This document shows, one piece after another, positions 9,086-16,990 of a stretch of DNA of 27,212 nt (position 1 is its first letter; each line of letters begins with the position of its first letter). The DNA comes from a virus (taxonomy: Duplodnaviria > Caudoviricetes), in the IMG/VR virus record IMGVR_UViG_3300037515_000423, positions 1 through 27,212 of that record; one strand, given 5' to 3'. Both the position numbers and the translations under genes were made by a program. The notes beneath the pieces are model-generated. The model did not search any database. It had not been told where the DNA came from and saw nothing but the letters and a program-made list of their open reading frames with translations.

Positions 9086-9510
9086 TGAGCCTCGCGCGTC
9101 TCAAGCGAAACCTCCGCGAGACCATCGCACTGCAGCGTGAGGTGCGGGAGGGACAAGCCGCGGTGCGGGCAGAGTTCGATGCCCTCGACGCCTCGGTCGA
9201 GCGGATCATCCGCCGGATCGCCCTCTCGCGACCCGAGGGCTTCGGCCGGCCGACGTTGGCGCGACCGGACGAGCAGCGCATCGTCGGGCCAAGCGGCCAG
9301 ACCGTCACGACGGCGGCGAGCGCGAATCGTGGTGTGCTGACCGAGAACGATCTTCGCAACGCCGGAGTGGTCACGACCTCGACGGCGGCGGCGCAACACC
9401 GAGCCACGCTCAATGCAATCGATGGTCTCCAGCAGACTCTGACCAGGACGATCGGCAGCGGTGACGGGGGTGCGCGAGCACGTGCCTCCGGACTGTTGTC
9501 GTCTGGGTAG
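9085..9510 (+). CDS. Hypothetical protein with N-terminal coiled coil (141 aa)
   Basis: TGATG overlap at start; ends 2 nt before next ATG. Confidence 0.65.
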   Translation: MSLARLKRNLRETIALQREVREGQAAVRAEFDALDASVERIIRRIALSRPEGFGRPTLARPDEQRIVGPSGQTVTTAASANRGVLTENDLRNAGVVTTSTAAAQHRATLNAIDGLQQTLTRTIGSGDGGARARASGLLSSG

Positions 9511-9512
9511 CG

Positions 9513-10214
9513 ATGGCGGACGGACAGGGACCTGCGCGCTTCCCCACCCTTCCGGTTGTTCGGGAATACTACCGCCCCTATCTCGACGGTGTGCGGATGG
9601 AGGGCGGCAGCTTCCAGCTCTCGCAAGAGGTGCCGAGTGTTGCGGCGGTCCTGCAAACCAAGGCCGGCACCCACATCCTGCAGTTCCGCTTCCGCGGCGA
9701 GGATGCGCCCATCTCGCTCGCACCGATCGAGCTGCGGCTGTCGTTCCGGTTGCGCTTCGAGGGGGACTTTCGGCTCGTCCAGGAGCTGGCGATGACGGGG
9801 CAGCCGGTCACCTTCTTCCCCGCGTGGCCGATCATCGACACATGGTTGATCGCGGCCGGCGGTGCGAGCCGCACGGCCTGGCGGACTTCGCGGCGCGTTG
9901 GCTGGGGGCTTGTGGGTGTCGATCACGCCTCGCACCCGCCGCGCGCTTGGATCGATGGCACCGAGCAGACTGTTGTGACGTCGGCGCCGTCCGCCGGTCA
10001 GGTGCAGGTGCCGACCGCGCAGACCGCCGGTCAGCACTACGAGACCATCACGACACCGTCGGGGCTCTCGGGCGAGCGGCTCAAGCTCCTCTACTGGCCC
10101 GAGTACCTGATCTCGATGCGCCAGACCAGCAACCCCTATCGGGCGCTCAACGACCTCGTCACCGACATCGACGTCGCCGAGATCCTGGCCGGCGTCTACA
10201 CCGGGCTCTCCTGA
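9513..10214 (+). CDS. Putative distal tail protein (233 aa)
   Basis: Beta-rich composition; lies after tape measure and before hub; TGATG coupling to next gene. Confidence 0.5.
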   Translation: MADGQGPARFPTLPVVREYYRPYLDGVRMEGGSFQLSQEVPSVAAVLQTKAGTHILQFRFRGEDAPISLAPIELRLSFRLRFEGDFRLVQELAMTGQPVTFFPAWPIIDTWLIAAGGASRTAWRTSRRVGWGLVGVDHASHPPRAWIDGTEQTVVTSAPSAGQVQVPTAQTAGQHYETITTPSGLSGERLKLLYWPEYLISMRQTSNPYRALNDLVTDIDVAEILAGVYTGLS

Positions 10215-12484
10215 TGGCCCAGGAGCTTCACGCGCGGGTGCGGATCGGCAGCTCAGGGCCGCAGCTCGGCGCCGTCGCCAACATCGTCGCGTCTGTCCTG
10301 CAGCCGACACCGGCGCCGACCTCGCCGCACGTCCTCTGGGACGTGGACGTCGACACCGCCGTCGTCCTGCAGGCCCGACCCCGATCCGCCACCGCCGTTG
10401 CTCAACAGGTCTGCGCGGTCGCCATCCGCGTGAGTGGCGTGGTGCTCGATCCCCGCGCACTCGTCGGCCCCGTCTCGATGACCGAGACGCTAGGAGCAGG
10501 CACGACCTTCAGCTTTTCGCTTTCGTTGCGCGATCACGACCACCTACAGCTGCTCTTCGAGGATCTCCCGGTGCGCGGCCGCATCGGCACGGTCTTCAGT
10601 CATCTCGGAGCACCGCCCGGAAAGGCTACCATCGATCTGGTTGGCGTCTACGTGACGACGGATGGGGTGCGCGAGGTGCCGCTCGTGACTGGCGGGATCG
10701 TCGAGAACGCGCGCCAATCCGCCGGGCCGGACGGCTCAGTCCTGACGCTCAACTGCATCGATGCTCGTGGTCGATACGATCGGCGCAAGGTGACGCTCTC
10801 GCTGCCGCCTGGCCACGGTCTGCAGCGCGGCTCCGTGCTGCGCCGAATCGCTGCGGCCGCGGGTGTGACGTCGTACGCGTTCGCACCGGGCAACAGGATG
10901 CTCAAGGAGGTGCAGCTCGTCGACGCCGATTGGATCGGCACCGCCGATGCCATCCTGGAGCCCGAGGGCCGGGTGCTCGACTGGGATCGACAAGGCGTGC
11001 TGCGCAATCCCGAGCGTATTCTGGTAGGCGGTCGCGTCGACATGGTTTTTCGTCCGTGCGATCTGCTCGACACCGGCGCCGAGACCTCTGTTGACGGCCT
11101 GGCTGATGTGCCGACCCGCATCAAGCTGACCGGCACGGAGCAGCGTGAGCGTGAGGAATGTGGCGTCCGCACAGTCAAGACCGTCACCGAGACTTTCGGC
11201 CTCTACGCGCCGCCGATCGCATCGCACGTGCAGGACGGCTCCGGCGTCCTGACGGTGGTAGGCGGGACCAATGCGGAGACCCTACGGCTCACGTCGCGCA
11301 CCACCCTCGTGCAGGTGTTCGAGTGTGATGACCTGATCGAGGAGATCCAGACCGTCGAGGCGTACTACAACCCAACCGCGGCCCGCTACACCCTCGAGAC
11401 AGATGGCTCGATCCGCGACTACGTGGCGAGCGTCTACCTCTTCGACTCGTCTGCGGTGGCTGATGATGGGACGCTGGCGTTTCAGTGGGGATCGCCGCGG
11501 TTCGGCAAAGTCTCGATGGTGGTGACGACCCCGCAGTATGACGAGCGAGGCTTTCGGGTCGGTGAGATCGAGCGCCGGTACGGCTACGTGCATCGGCGCG
11601 CACACGTCAAGGCCCGAGGGGTGAGTACCGATCCGTGGGAGTCGATCGCCTTCATCCAGGACCGAGAAATCCTGGCCAACGGCGAGGGCGTTTCGTTCGG
11701 CGTCGAGGCTGGGGTATTCGGTGGCGATCGGGGCACCCGTTTCGCGCCGAGTACCGGCGACACCAGACCGGCCATCTTCGAGGAGCGAAAGGTTGTGATC
11801 GACGTTTCGGACGACGGCTACGAGCTGGGCCGCACAACCGTCGAGTACGGATGGCTGGCCCGAACGGGGCAGGCGTACGAGTACGGAGATGGCACACACC
11901 GATCTCAGAGCGTCGAGGAGTTCCAGGCACGCGCTCAGGAGATCGTCACCTACGTCGAGGTATCGGAGGGGCGGATCAAGCGCATCACCCGCAAGCTCGA
12001 CCAGGACGGCCGTCTCGCACCCGACGGCCAGATCACCGAGGACGTGGAGGGCTACCTCCCAGCTGCTGAGCGACGCAGCGACATCGTGCCGCCGGCCTCG
12101 ACATTCGATTCCGACGAGGAGGCGGAGCACGCTGCTGCGGCCTCGCGGTTCGAGCAAGAGTCGATCAAGTGCGAGGTCCGGAGCACGATGCTCGAGGCGC
12201 TGCACGAGATCTACGAGGTAGTGGGCTCCAGCCAGTGGGCCGAGGATGAGTCGGAGCTGTGCTCGCAGGCGGTCGTGATGCTGCGCGAAGGTTCGGCGCT
12301 CAACTGCACTGTCCACCTGCCGGCCAACTGGTTAGTCCGCAAGGGCATGGTCGTCTGGGTCGACGACTTTGAGGAGCTGGGCCTGCTGCACCCGGTACAC
12401 GTCCAGTCCGTGACGATCGAGGACCCAGACGAATCGCAGGCCGCCATCACGACGACGATTCAGGGGCGAATCTATGTCGTCTAG
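10214..12484 (+). CDS. Putative tail hub/tail-tip protein (756 aa)
   Basis: ATG 10214 overlaps upstream stop. FSFSL...TGGIVEN...LTLNCIDA, LDWDRQGVLR and C-terminal LPANWLVRKGMVVWV...VQSVTI...TTTIQG follow the hub-protein pattern. Confidence 0.7.
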   Translation: MAQELHARVRIGSSGPQLGAVANIVASVLQPTPAPTSPHVLWDVDVDTAVVLQARPRSATAVAQQVCAVAIRVSGVVLDPRALVGPVSMTETLGAGTTFSFSLSLRDHDHLQLLFEDLPVRGRIGTVFSHLGAPPGKATIDLVGVYVTTDGVREVPLVTGGIVENARQSAGPDGSVLTLNCIDARGRYDRRKVTLSLPPGHGLQRGSVLRRIAAAAGVTSYAFAPGNRMLKEVQLVDADWIGTADAILEPEGRVLDWDRQGVLRNPERILVGGRVDMVFRPCDLLDTGAETSVDGLADVPTRIKLTGTEQREREECGVRTVKTVTETFGLYAPPIASHVQDGSGVLTVVGGTNAETLRLTSRTTLVQVFECDDLIEEIQTVEAYYNPTAARYTLETDGSIRDYVASVYLFDSSAVADDGTLAFQWGSPRFGKVSMVVTTPQYDERGFRVGEIERRYGYVHRRAHVKARGVSTDPWESIAFIQDREILANGEGVSFGVEAGVFGGDRGTRFAPSTGDTRPAIFEERKVVIDVSDDGYELGRTTVEYGWLARTGQAYEYGDGTHRSQSVEEFQARAQEIVTYVEVSEGRIKRITRKLDQDGRLAPDGQITEDVEGYLPAAERRSDIVPPASTFDSDEEAEHAAAASRFEQESIKCEVRSTMLEALHEIYEVVGSSQWAEDESELCSQAVVMLREGSALNCTVHLPANWLVRKGMVVWVDDFEELGLLHPVHVQSVTIEDPDESQAAITTTIQGRIYVV

Positions 12485-13040
12485 GCTGTCACTGCGTCGC
12501 ATCCTCGACGGCCGTCGCTTCGAGGAGGCTGATGTCCGGTTCGCGAAGTACGTGCGACCGCTAAGTCGTGGCCTGCACGTCGTGCGCAACTCCTGCAACG
12601 AGCAGGAGGTCGTAGTGTCGAGTGCGGCCGGGTCACGGACGTTCAAGCCGGCAACAGAGGTGCCGCTCGGCAGCCACACAGCGACACCGGGGGAGCTGAT
12701 CCTCGGTTTGCCACCGACGGGCCGTCAGGGCGCCTCGACGTTCGGCTTTCCGAGCATCATTCCCGGTAGTGCTGGTGGACCGCACGTCATCTCAGCGGAT
12801 CCGCTGACGGCGTTGCCGGGCTCGAGCGGCGTGAGCGTGACGCTCACGGGCACCGGCTTCGAGTCGACGGCCGAGGTGCTTGCATTCGTCTTCGACGAGT
12901 CGGCGCTCACCGACGTCGAGGACCCGGACGTCACGGTCGTCTCGGTCGTGTTCGTTTCGTCTGCCGAGCTGACTATCACGGTCGACTACGACGCATCACT
13001 GCCGAGCGGCTATCCGGTGGCCTACGGGGTGCGCAATTGA
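12474..13040 (+). CDS. Tail-tip protein with C-terminal IPT/TIG-like Ig domain (188 aa)
   Basis: PHVISADPLTALPGSSGVSVTLTGTGF...VSSAELTITV matches an IPT/TIG-type pattern. Confidence 0.6.
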   Translation: MSSRLSLRRILDGRRFEEADVRFAKYVRPLSRGLHVVRNSCNEQEVVVSSAAGSRTFKPATEVPLGSHTATPGELILGLPPTGRQGASTFGFPSIIPGSAGGPHVISADPLTALPGSSGVSVTLTGTGFESTAEVLAFVFDESALTDVEDPDVTVVSVVFVSSAELTITVDYDASLPSGYPVAYGVRN

Positions 13041-14134
13041 GCTACCGGATCACGAGGGATCTGCAGCGCGTCGTCGCACCCGTCGTACCGTCCGGTGGAC
13101 CGACCGGGCCGGCGAGCTACTGGGGCTTCTGGATCGGCGATGCGGGCGGAACGACCGATGTGCTGGTGCGCGCGCAGTACGACTCCGCCGGCGCGCTGGT
13201 GGGCGGCACGGTCAAGACGGCCGACTTCTCGGCGCTCTTCGGCGCAGCGTGGGGATCGACGGTCGAGTTCGATCTGTCGAGCGGCTTCGGCTTCTTGGTT
13301 GCGTCGATCATTCGTGCCGGTGGCGACGGCGTTGGACATGGAGCCATCGCTTTCCAGGTATTTTCAGAATTGGGGTCGGTCCCCATGCACCTTGTCGTGT
13401 GGGATGCGGAGAACGGCTCGGCCTACTTCTATACGCCGGGTCAGTCAGGAACGACTTGTCGATGGATCGAGAGCACCGGAAAAATCCACTGGCTGGAGCC
13501 CGAGTTGTCTGGTGGAAACTGGCAGGTGAATCACCGATCCTCAAATCGAAAGCTGTCATCTGTTTCGACCATAGGGAACTCGACCCCGCAAGTCGCCGCT
13601 GGTGGAGCGGTATCGATCGAGACGGCTGTCGGGATGATGACGGGGCGCGATCGAGTGGCCATGAGAAATCCGGTGGTCCAGCGCGATGTATTTGAAACGA
13701 TCGTTGGCAACACTCAATGTTCGCTATGGTTCGAGCACTCAGGAGCCATAGCATTAGAAAACTTCTTGGCGTCCGGTAGCTCGCCTCACGCCATCGCTCA
13801 TCAGGTCGACGACGACCCGATCTTCTATGACGTCAACACAAAGTCGCTCATCAAGTGGACGAAGGAGAGCGACCCGCTCGTGAGGTCCGATGTTTGGCCA
13901 GCGAGTGGAACGTGGCTGCCAGAAGCTGGTTGGATCGTGGCGTCCGTTTCGGGAGACGGACTCGAGGCTGCCCTCTACGACCAATTCAGCAGTCCGAGCG
14001 GCGGCCGCATCATTCGCAGCCCGATCTCCGGTCCACATGGCGCTGCACCCGAGACCGACATCAATCTCGCGAGCCTGGCTGCGTCGGAGCTGGCGACTGC
14101 TCGGCCGCCGGACGCGGCATTCATCCGCACGTAG
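13037..14134 (+). CDS. Putative receptor-binding tail protein (365 aa) with low-GC interior
   Basis: TTGA overlap start; Ser/Gly/Trp-rich beta composition; about 50% GC in 13501-13560 and 13681-13740. Confidence 0.55.
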   Translation: MSYRITRDLQRVVAPVVPSGGPTGPASYWGFWIGDAGGTTDVLVRAQYDSAGALVGGTVKTADFSALFGAAWGSTVEFDLSSGFGFLVASIIRAGGDGVGHGAIAFQVFSELGSVPMHLVVWDAENGSAYFYTPGQSGTTCRWIESTGKIHWLEPELSGGNWQVNHRSSNRKLSSVSTIGNSTPQVAAGGAVSIETAVGMMTGRDRVAMRNPVVQRDVFETIVGNTQCSLWFEHSGAIALENFLASGSSPHAIAHQVDDDPIFYDVNTKSLIKWTKESDPLVRSDVWPASGTWLPEAGWIVASVSGDGLEAALYDQFSSPSGGRIIRSPISGPHGAAPETDINLASLAASELATARPPDAAFIRT

Positions 14135-14144
14135 GAGAGAGCCG

Positions 14145-15686
14145 ATGGCTGCCCCAAATCTCCAGTGGTACGACGACGCCGACGTTCTGATCACCGCGCA
14201 GGAGACGTTGCCGACCGCGACGCCCGGCACGCCCACCGCCGAGACGGAGTATCGGCTCTTCAACAACAAGGACGCGGCCGGCGCCGATACGGCAACGAAC
14301 CGGTGGCTCGAGGTGCTGGAGCGACAGCCCGGCGAGACGCCGTTCCTCGGCTCGAGCCGCGAGCTCACGGATCGGCACTGGATGCGCGTCCGCATTCTCG
14401 GCGGGCTCGGCGGTCTCAACCTCGCTCAGGGCGCCGAGTTCAACGTCGGGGCCGGTGTCTCCTTCCCGCTGCCCGATTTGGCGAACGGGCAGGGTGTGCG
14501 GCTCGGCATCTCGGTCGACGCAACGGCCGACGCGCAGACCGCGCAGACAGAGGTCACCTTCCGCGTCGCCAAGCGGCAGGCCCTGCCGGTGCCGGCCGGC
14601 CTGAGTGACAGTGCTGGCGACGGCGTAGCTGTCGGCCTGTTCGACGGTCGTGTGACCGGGCTGGTTTCTGGCGGGCTCGTCGAGGAGGACCCCGGCGGGG
14701 CCGGCGATGACGTGATGGTGCGGGCCTACGAGCACATCGGCGCCGGCATCTACCGCGTCACCCTCGACGAGCTGCACCAGCTCGACGGCGACGACGGCAG
14801 CGCCGTAGCTCTCGCTTCCGGTGAGGAGTACTTCGCGCTCGTCTACATCGACGTCGACGGGGACGTCCAGATCCTCAAGAGCGACAAGGGCAGCTCCCCG
14901 CTCGACCCCTCTGAGGAGCCGGCTGTGCCGGCAGACGGTACGGCGCTCGCGATGGTGACGCGGCAGTTCGACGCCATCATCGACGACGCCGACATCGACG
15001 ACCGACGCGACTTCTGGGCCGCCGGCTTCGAGTCCGCAGCGCTGACTGCGACGATCGGGCCGACCCGCGGGCTCGTGGATGACGCGCGAACCCGGACCTC
15101 GACGCCCGAGAACGCCTCGCTTACGGCGTCGGAAACGAATCGGATCTATCGCGTTCGTGACGGCAGCCTCGCGGTCGACATCGCCGGTACACGTCCGGAG
15201 CCCCGCGCGCTCGACCTGTGGGAGGCGGTGACGGACGGCTCCGGCGTCACGGCGCTGACGGATCTGCGGCCGATCTACGGGATGGGCTTCCGGGTCGTGC
15301 CTGTTGTGCTCCGCTTTCAGGGCACACTCGCCGGTGGCCAGCAGGTGATGGTGCCGTTCCCGGTCAATCGCGACGCGCAGGTGTTGCCGCTCTTCGGTGT
15401 GCAGGCGTGGCTCGACGACGTTGGTGCCGGCACGGGTGGCGCGACCGTCTTCAACGTGGAGGCGTCTGCCGACGGTGCCGCTTACGCGACGCTCTTCACG
15501 TCGAGCGGATCGGATGATCGGCGCCCGACGGTGGCGTTTGACGCGACCGTGTTACGATCGACTGGCCTGCCCGAAGTCACTCAGATCCAGCGATTCAGCA
15601 GACTGCGAGCCAGCGTCGCAGCCGTTCCGTCCGGCGGGGCGGCACCCGGCGGCGCTACAGTCGTGGTGTTGCTGGCAGTCCTGTAG
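14145..15686 (+). CDS. Baseplate/tail fibre-type structural protein (513 aa)
   Basis: RBS AGGAG, ATG 14145; PAVPADGTALAMV...DIDDRR motif seen in minor tail/baseplate proteins. Confidence 0.6.
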   Translation: MAAPNLQWYDDADVLITAQETLPTATPGTPTAETEYRLFNNKDAAGADTATNRWLEVLERQPGETPFLGSSRELTDRHWMRVRILGGLGGLNLAQGAEFNVGAGVSFPLPDLANGQGVRLGISVDATADAQTAQTEVTFRVAKRQALPVPAGLSDSAGDGVAVGLFDGRVTGLVSGGLVEEDPGGAGDDVMVRAYEHIGAGIYRVTLDELHQLDGDDGSAVALASGEEYFALVYIDVDGDVQILKSDKGSSPLDPSEEPAVPADGTALAMVTRQFDAIIDDADIDDRRDFWAAGFESAALTATIGPTRGLVDDARTRTSTPENASLTASETNRIYRVRDGSLAVDIAGTRPEPRALDLWEAVTDGSGVTALTDLRPIYGMGFRVVPVVLRFQGTLAGGQQVMVPFPVNRDAQVLPLFGVQAWLDDVGAGTGGATVFNVEASADGAAYATLFTSSGSDDRRPTVAFDATVLRSTGLPEVTQIQRFSRLRASVAAVPSGGAAPGGATVVVLLAVL

Positions 15687-15694
15687 GAGGAGAC

Positions 15695-16018
15695 GTGAGC
15701 GATCGAGAGCATGCAGCCGACGGCGACGGAATGGTGACCACATCTGCGCCGGCCCGGTCGGAGGAGGAGGAGGAGCGCCGCACCTTGGGTCAGCGGCGGA
15801 TCAACCTCATCTGGGAGGTGACGCAGGCGATCATCGCGGTCTCGGTCACGTTCGGCACCCTCTACATCGCCGGTCGACTGCTGCTGACCGAGGGCAACGA
15901 TAACGCGGGCGTGGCGTTCCTGCTCCTGAGCAATGCGTTCTTCATGATCATGACTAGCTACCACACCAGGACGAACCATACGAAACAGGGTGGGGTCTCG
16001 GGGCGCGACTCACGATGA
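15695..16018 (+). CDS. Two-TM membrane protein, holin-like (107 aa)
   Basis: RBS AGGAGG; two hydrophobic segments (AIIAVSVTFGTLYIAG; AGVAFLLLSNAFFMIM); located after tail genes and before HNH. Confidence 0.55.
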   Translation: MSDREHAADGDGMVTTSAPARSEEEEERRTLGQRRINLIWEVTQAIIAVSVTFGTLYIAGRLLLTEGNDNAGVAFLLLSNAFFMIMTSYHTRTNHTKQGGVSGRDSR

Positions 16019-16062
16019 CCTATCGACGCTGCGGCGCTCTCGAGGAGCGAGTGGCCCGATGA
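16015..16062 (+). CDS. 15-codon micro-ORF MTYRRCGALEERVAR bridging the two modules
   Basis: ATG 16015 overlaps the holin-like stop (ATGA); its TGA 16060-16062 overlaps the HNH ATG 16059 (ATGA). Confidence 0.35.
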   Translation: MTYRRCGALEERVAR

Positions 16063-16523
16063 GCCCCGCTGCTCCGCCTCGCCCCTGCGCCACGCCGCGA
16101 TGCCCCGGTCTCGTCACCGAGCGCGGGGAGCGGCACTGCCCGGAGCACCGACGCGGGCAGGACGCCCGGAGACGCGGCACCTTCCGCGAGCGCGGCTACG
16201 ACGGCAGGTGGGACCGGCTATCCCGACTGATCCGCTCCCGGCACCCCGTCTGCCAGATGCGACTCACCGAGCACTGTCGGCGCGTCGGCGGAGCACCCTC
16301 GACCGAGGTGCACCACGTGCGCCCCGTTTCAGAACACCCGGAGCTTCGGCTCGCCCCGGAGAACCTGCTCGCCGCCTGCCACCCCTGCCACATGGCGGCA
16401 GAAGAGTGTACCGACTCGGAACAGAGGGGGGGCGGGTCAAATCCCGGAGTGTTCCATTATGGTGGGCCGCGCAAAGCCCGCACGCGCACGGCCGCAGGTT
16501 TCCGGAGCAGGGGGCGCCGGTGA
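16059..16523 (+). CDS. Terminase-associated HNH endonuclease (HK97 gp74-like)
   Basis: PRPCATPRCP..HCPEH, RGYDGRW, HPVCQ, EVHHVRP...ENLLAACHPCH; immediately upstream of TerS. Confidence 0.92.
   Translation: MSPAAPPRPCATPRCPGLVTERGERHCPEHRRGQDARRRGTFRERGYDGRWDRLSRLIRSRHPVCQMRLTEHCRRVGGAPSTEVHHVRPVSEHPELRLAPENLLAACHPCHMAAEECTDSEQRGGGSNPGVFHYGGPRKARTRTAAGFRSRGRR
16424..16515 (+). other. Candidate cos/packaging initiation region
   Basis: GAGGGGGGGCGGGTCAAATC followed by a GC-rich tract at the HNH 3' end just before terS, the usual cos position in HK97-like phages. Confidence 0.45.
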
Positions 16524-16990
16524 TGGGTAGACGGGGTCCAGCGCCGCAGCCGACGAAGCTCAAGCTCCTCCGCGGCAACCCGGGCAAGCGCGCGCTGAAC
16601 GACCGAGAGCCGGAGCCTGAGCCGCTCGCCTCGAGCGAGTGCCCCGCCCACCTGAAGGGTGACGCGCGCTCGCTGTGGAACTCGATCGTGAAGCCGCTCG
16701 TCGCGTGCGCGGTCATCACCGTCGTCGACGTCGGCGTGGCCGAGATGCTGTGCGAGACGCACCGGGAGCGCCGCGTGCTCGAGGCGCAGCAGCGCAAGGT
16801 CGGCATCCCGCAGGCCATCACACTCGGCTATCACCGGCGCATCATGGAGCTGCGCAAGCTCGAAATCACGCTCCGGCGCGAGCTCGGTGCAACGCCGGCA
16901 GCGCGGAGCGCGGTGCGGACGGCGAAGCCGAAGAGTGTCGCGAAGGACGAAGACGAGGAGCGGACCTTTGGCCGTCGCCGCAAAGCGTAA
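16523..16990 (+). CDS. terS: Terminase small subunit (P27 family), 155 aa
   Basis: MGRRGPAPQPTKLKLLRGNPGKRALN...CPAHL...ELGATPAARS; TGATG coupling with HNH. Confidence 0.93.
   Translation: MGRRGPAPQPTKLKLLRGNPGKRALNDREPEPEPLASSECPAHLKGDARSLWNSIVKPLVACAVITVVDVGVAEMLCETHRERRVLEAQQRKVGIPQAITLGYHRRIMELRKLEITLRRELGATPAARSAVRTAKPKSVAKDEDEERTFGRRRKA

Noticed and set aside
9461-10213. 5' part of the 1007-aa ORF call
   Set aside because: Overlaps the 9513-10214 gene; the better start is ATG 10214, coupled by TGATG. Track starts at 2923, 13890, 15990, 16100, 16887, 18530, 18859, 21561 and 23724 were shortened for similar reasons
5209-15686. Contractile injection system or tailocin interpretation of module 1
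   Set aside because: No sheath or baseplate wedge (J-like) gene is recognisable, and a full head gene set is present
13037-15686. Diversity-generating retroelement or invertible tail-fibre cassette
   Set aside because: No reverse transcriptase, invertase, template/variable repeat pair or inverted repeats seen in the window
15686-16059. Possible Mu-type right end or att site at the module junction
   Set aside because: No spaced transposase-binding repeats or direct repeats seen, and almost no non-coding space
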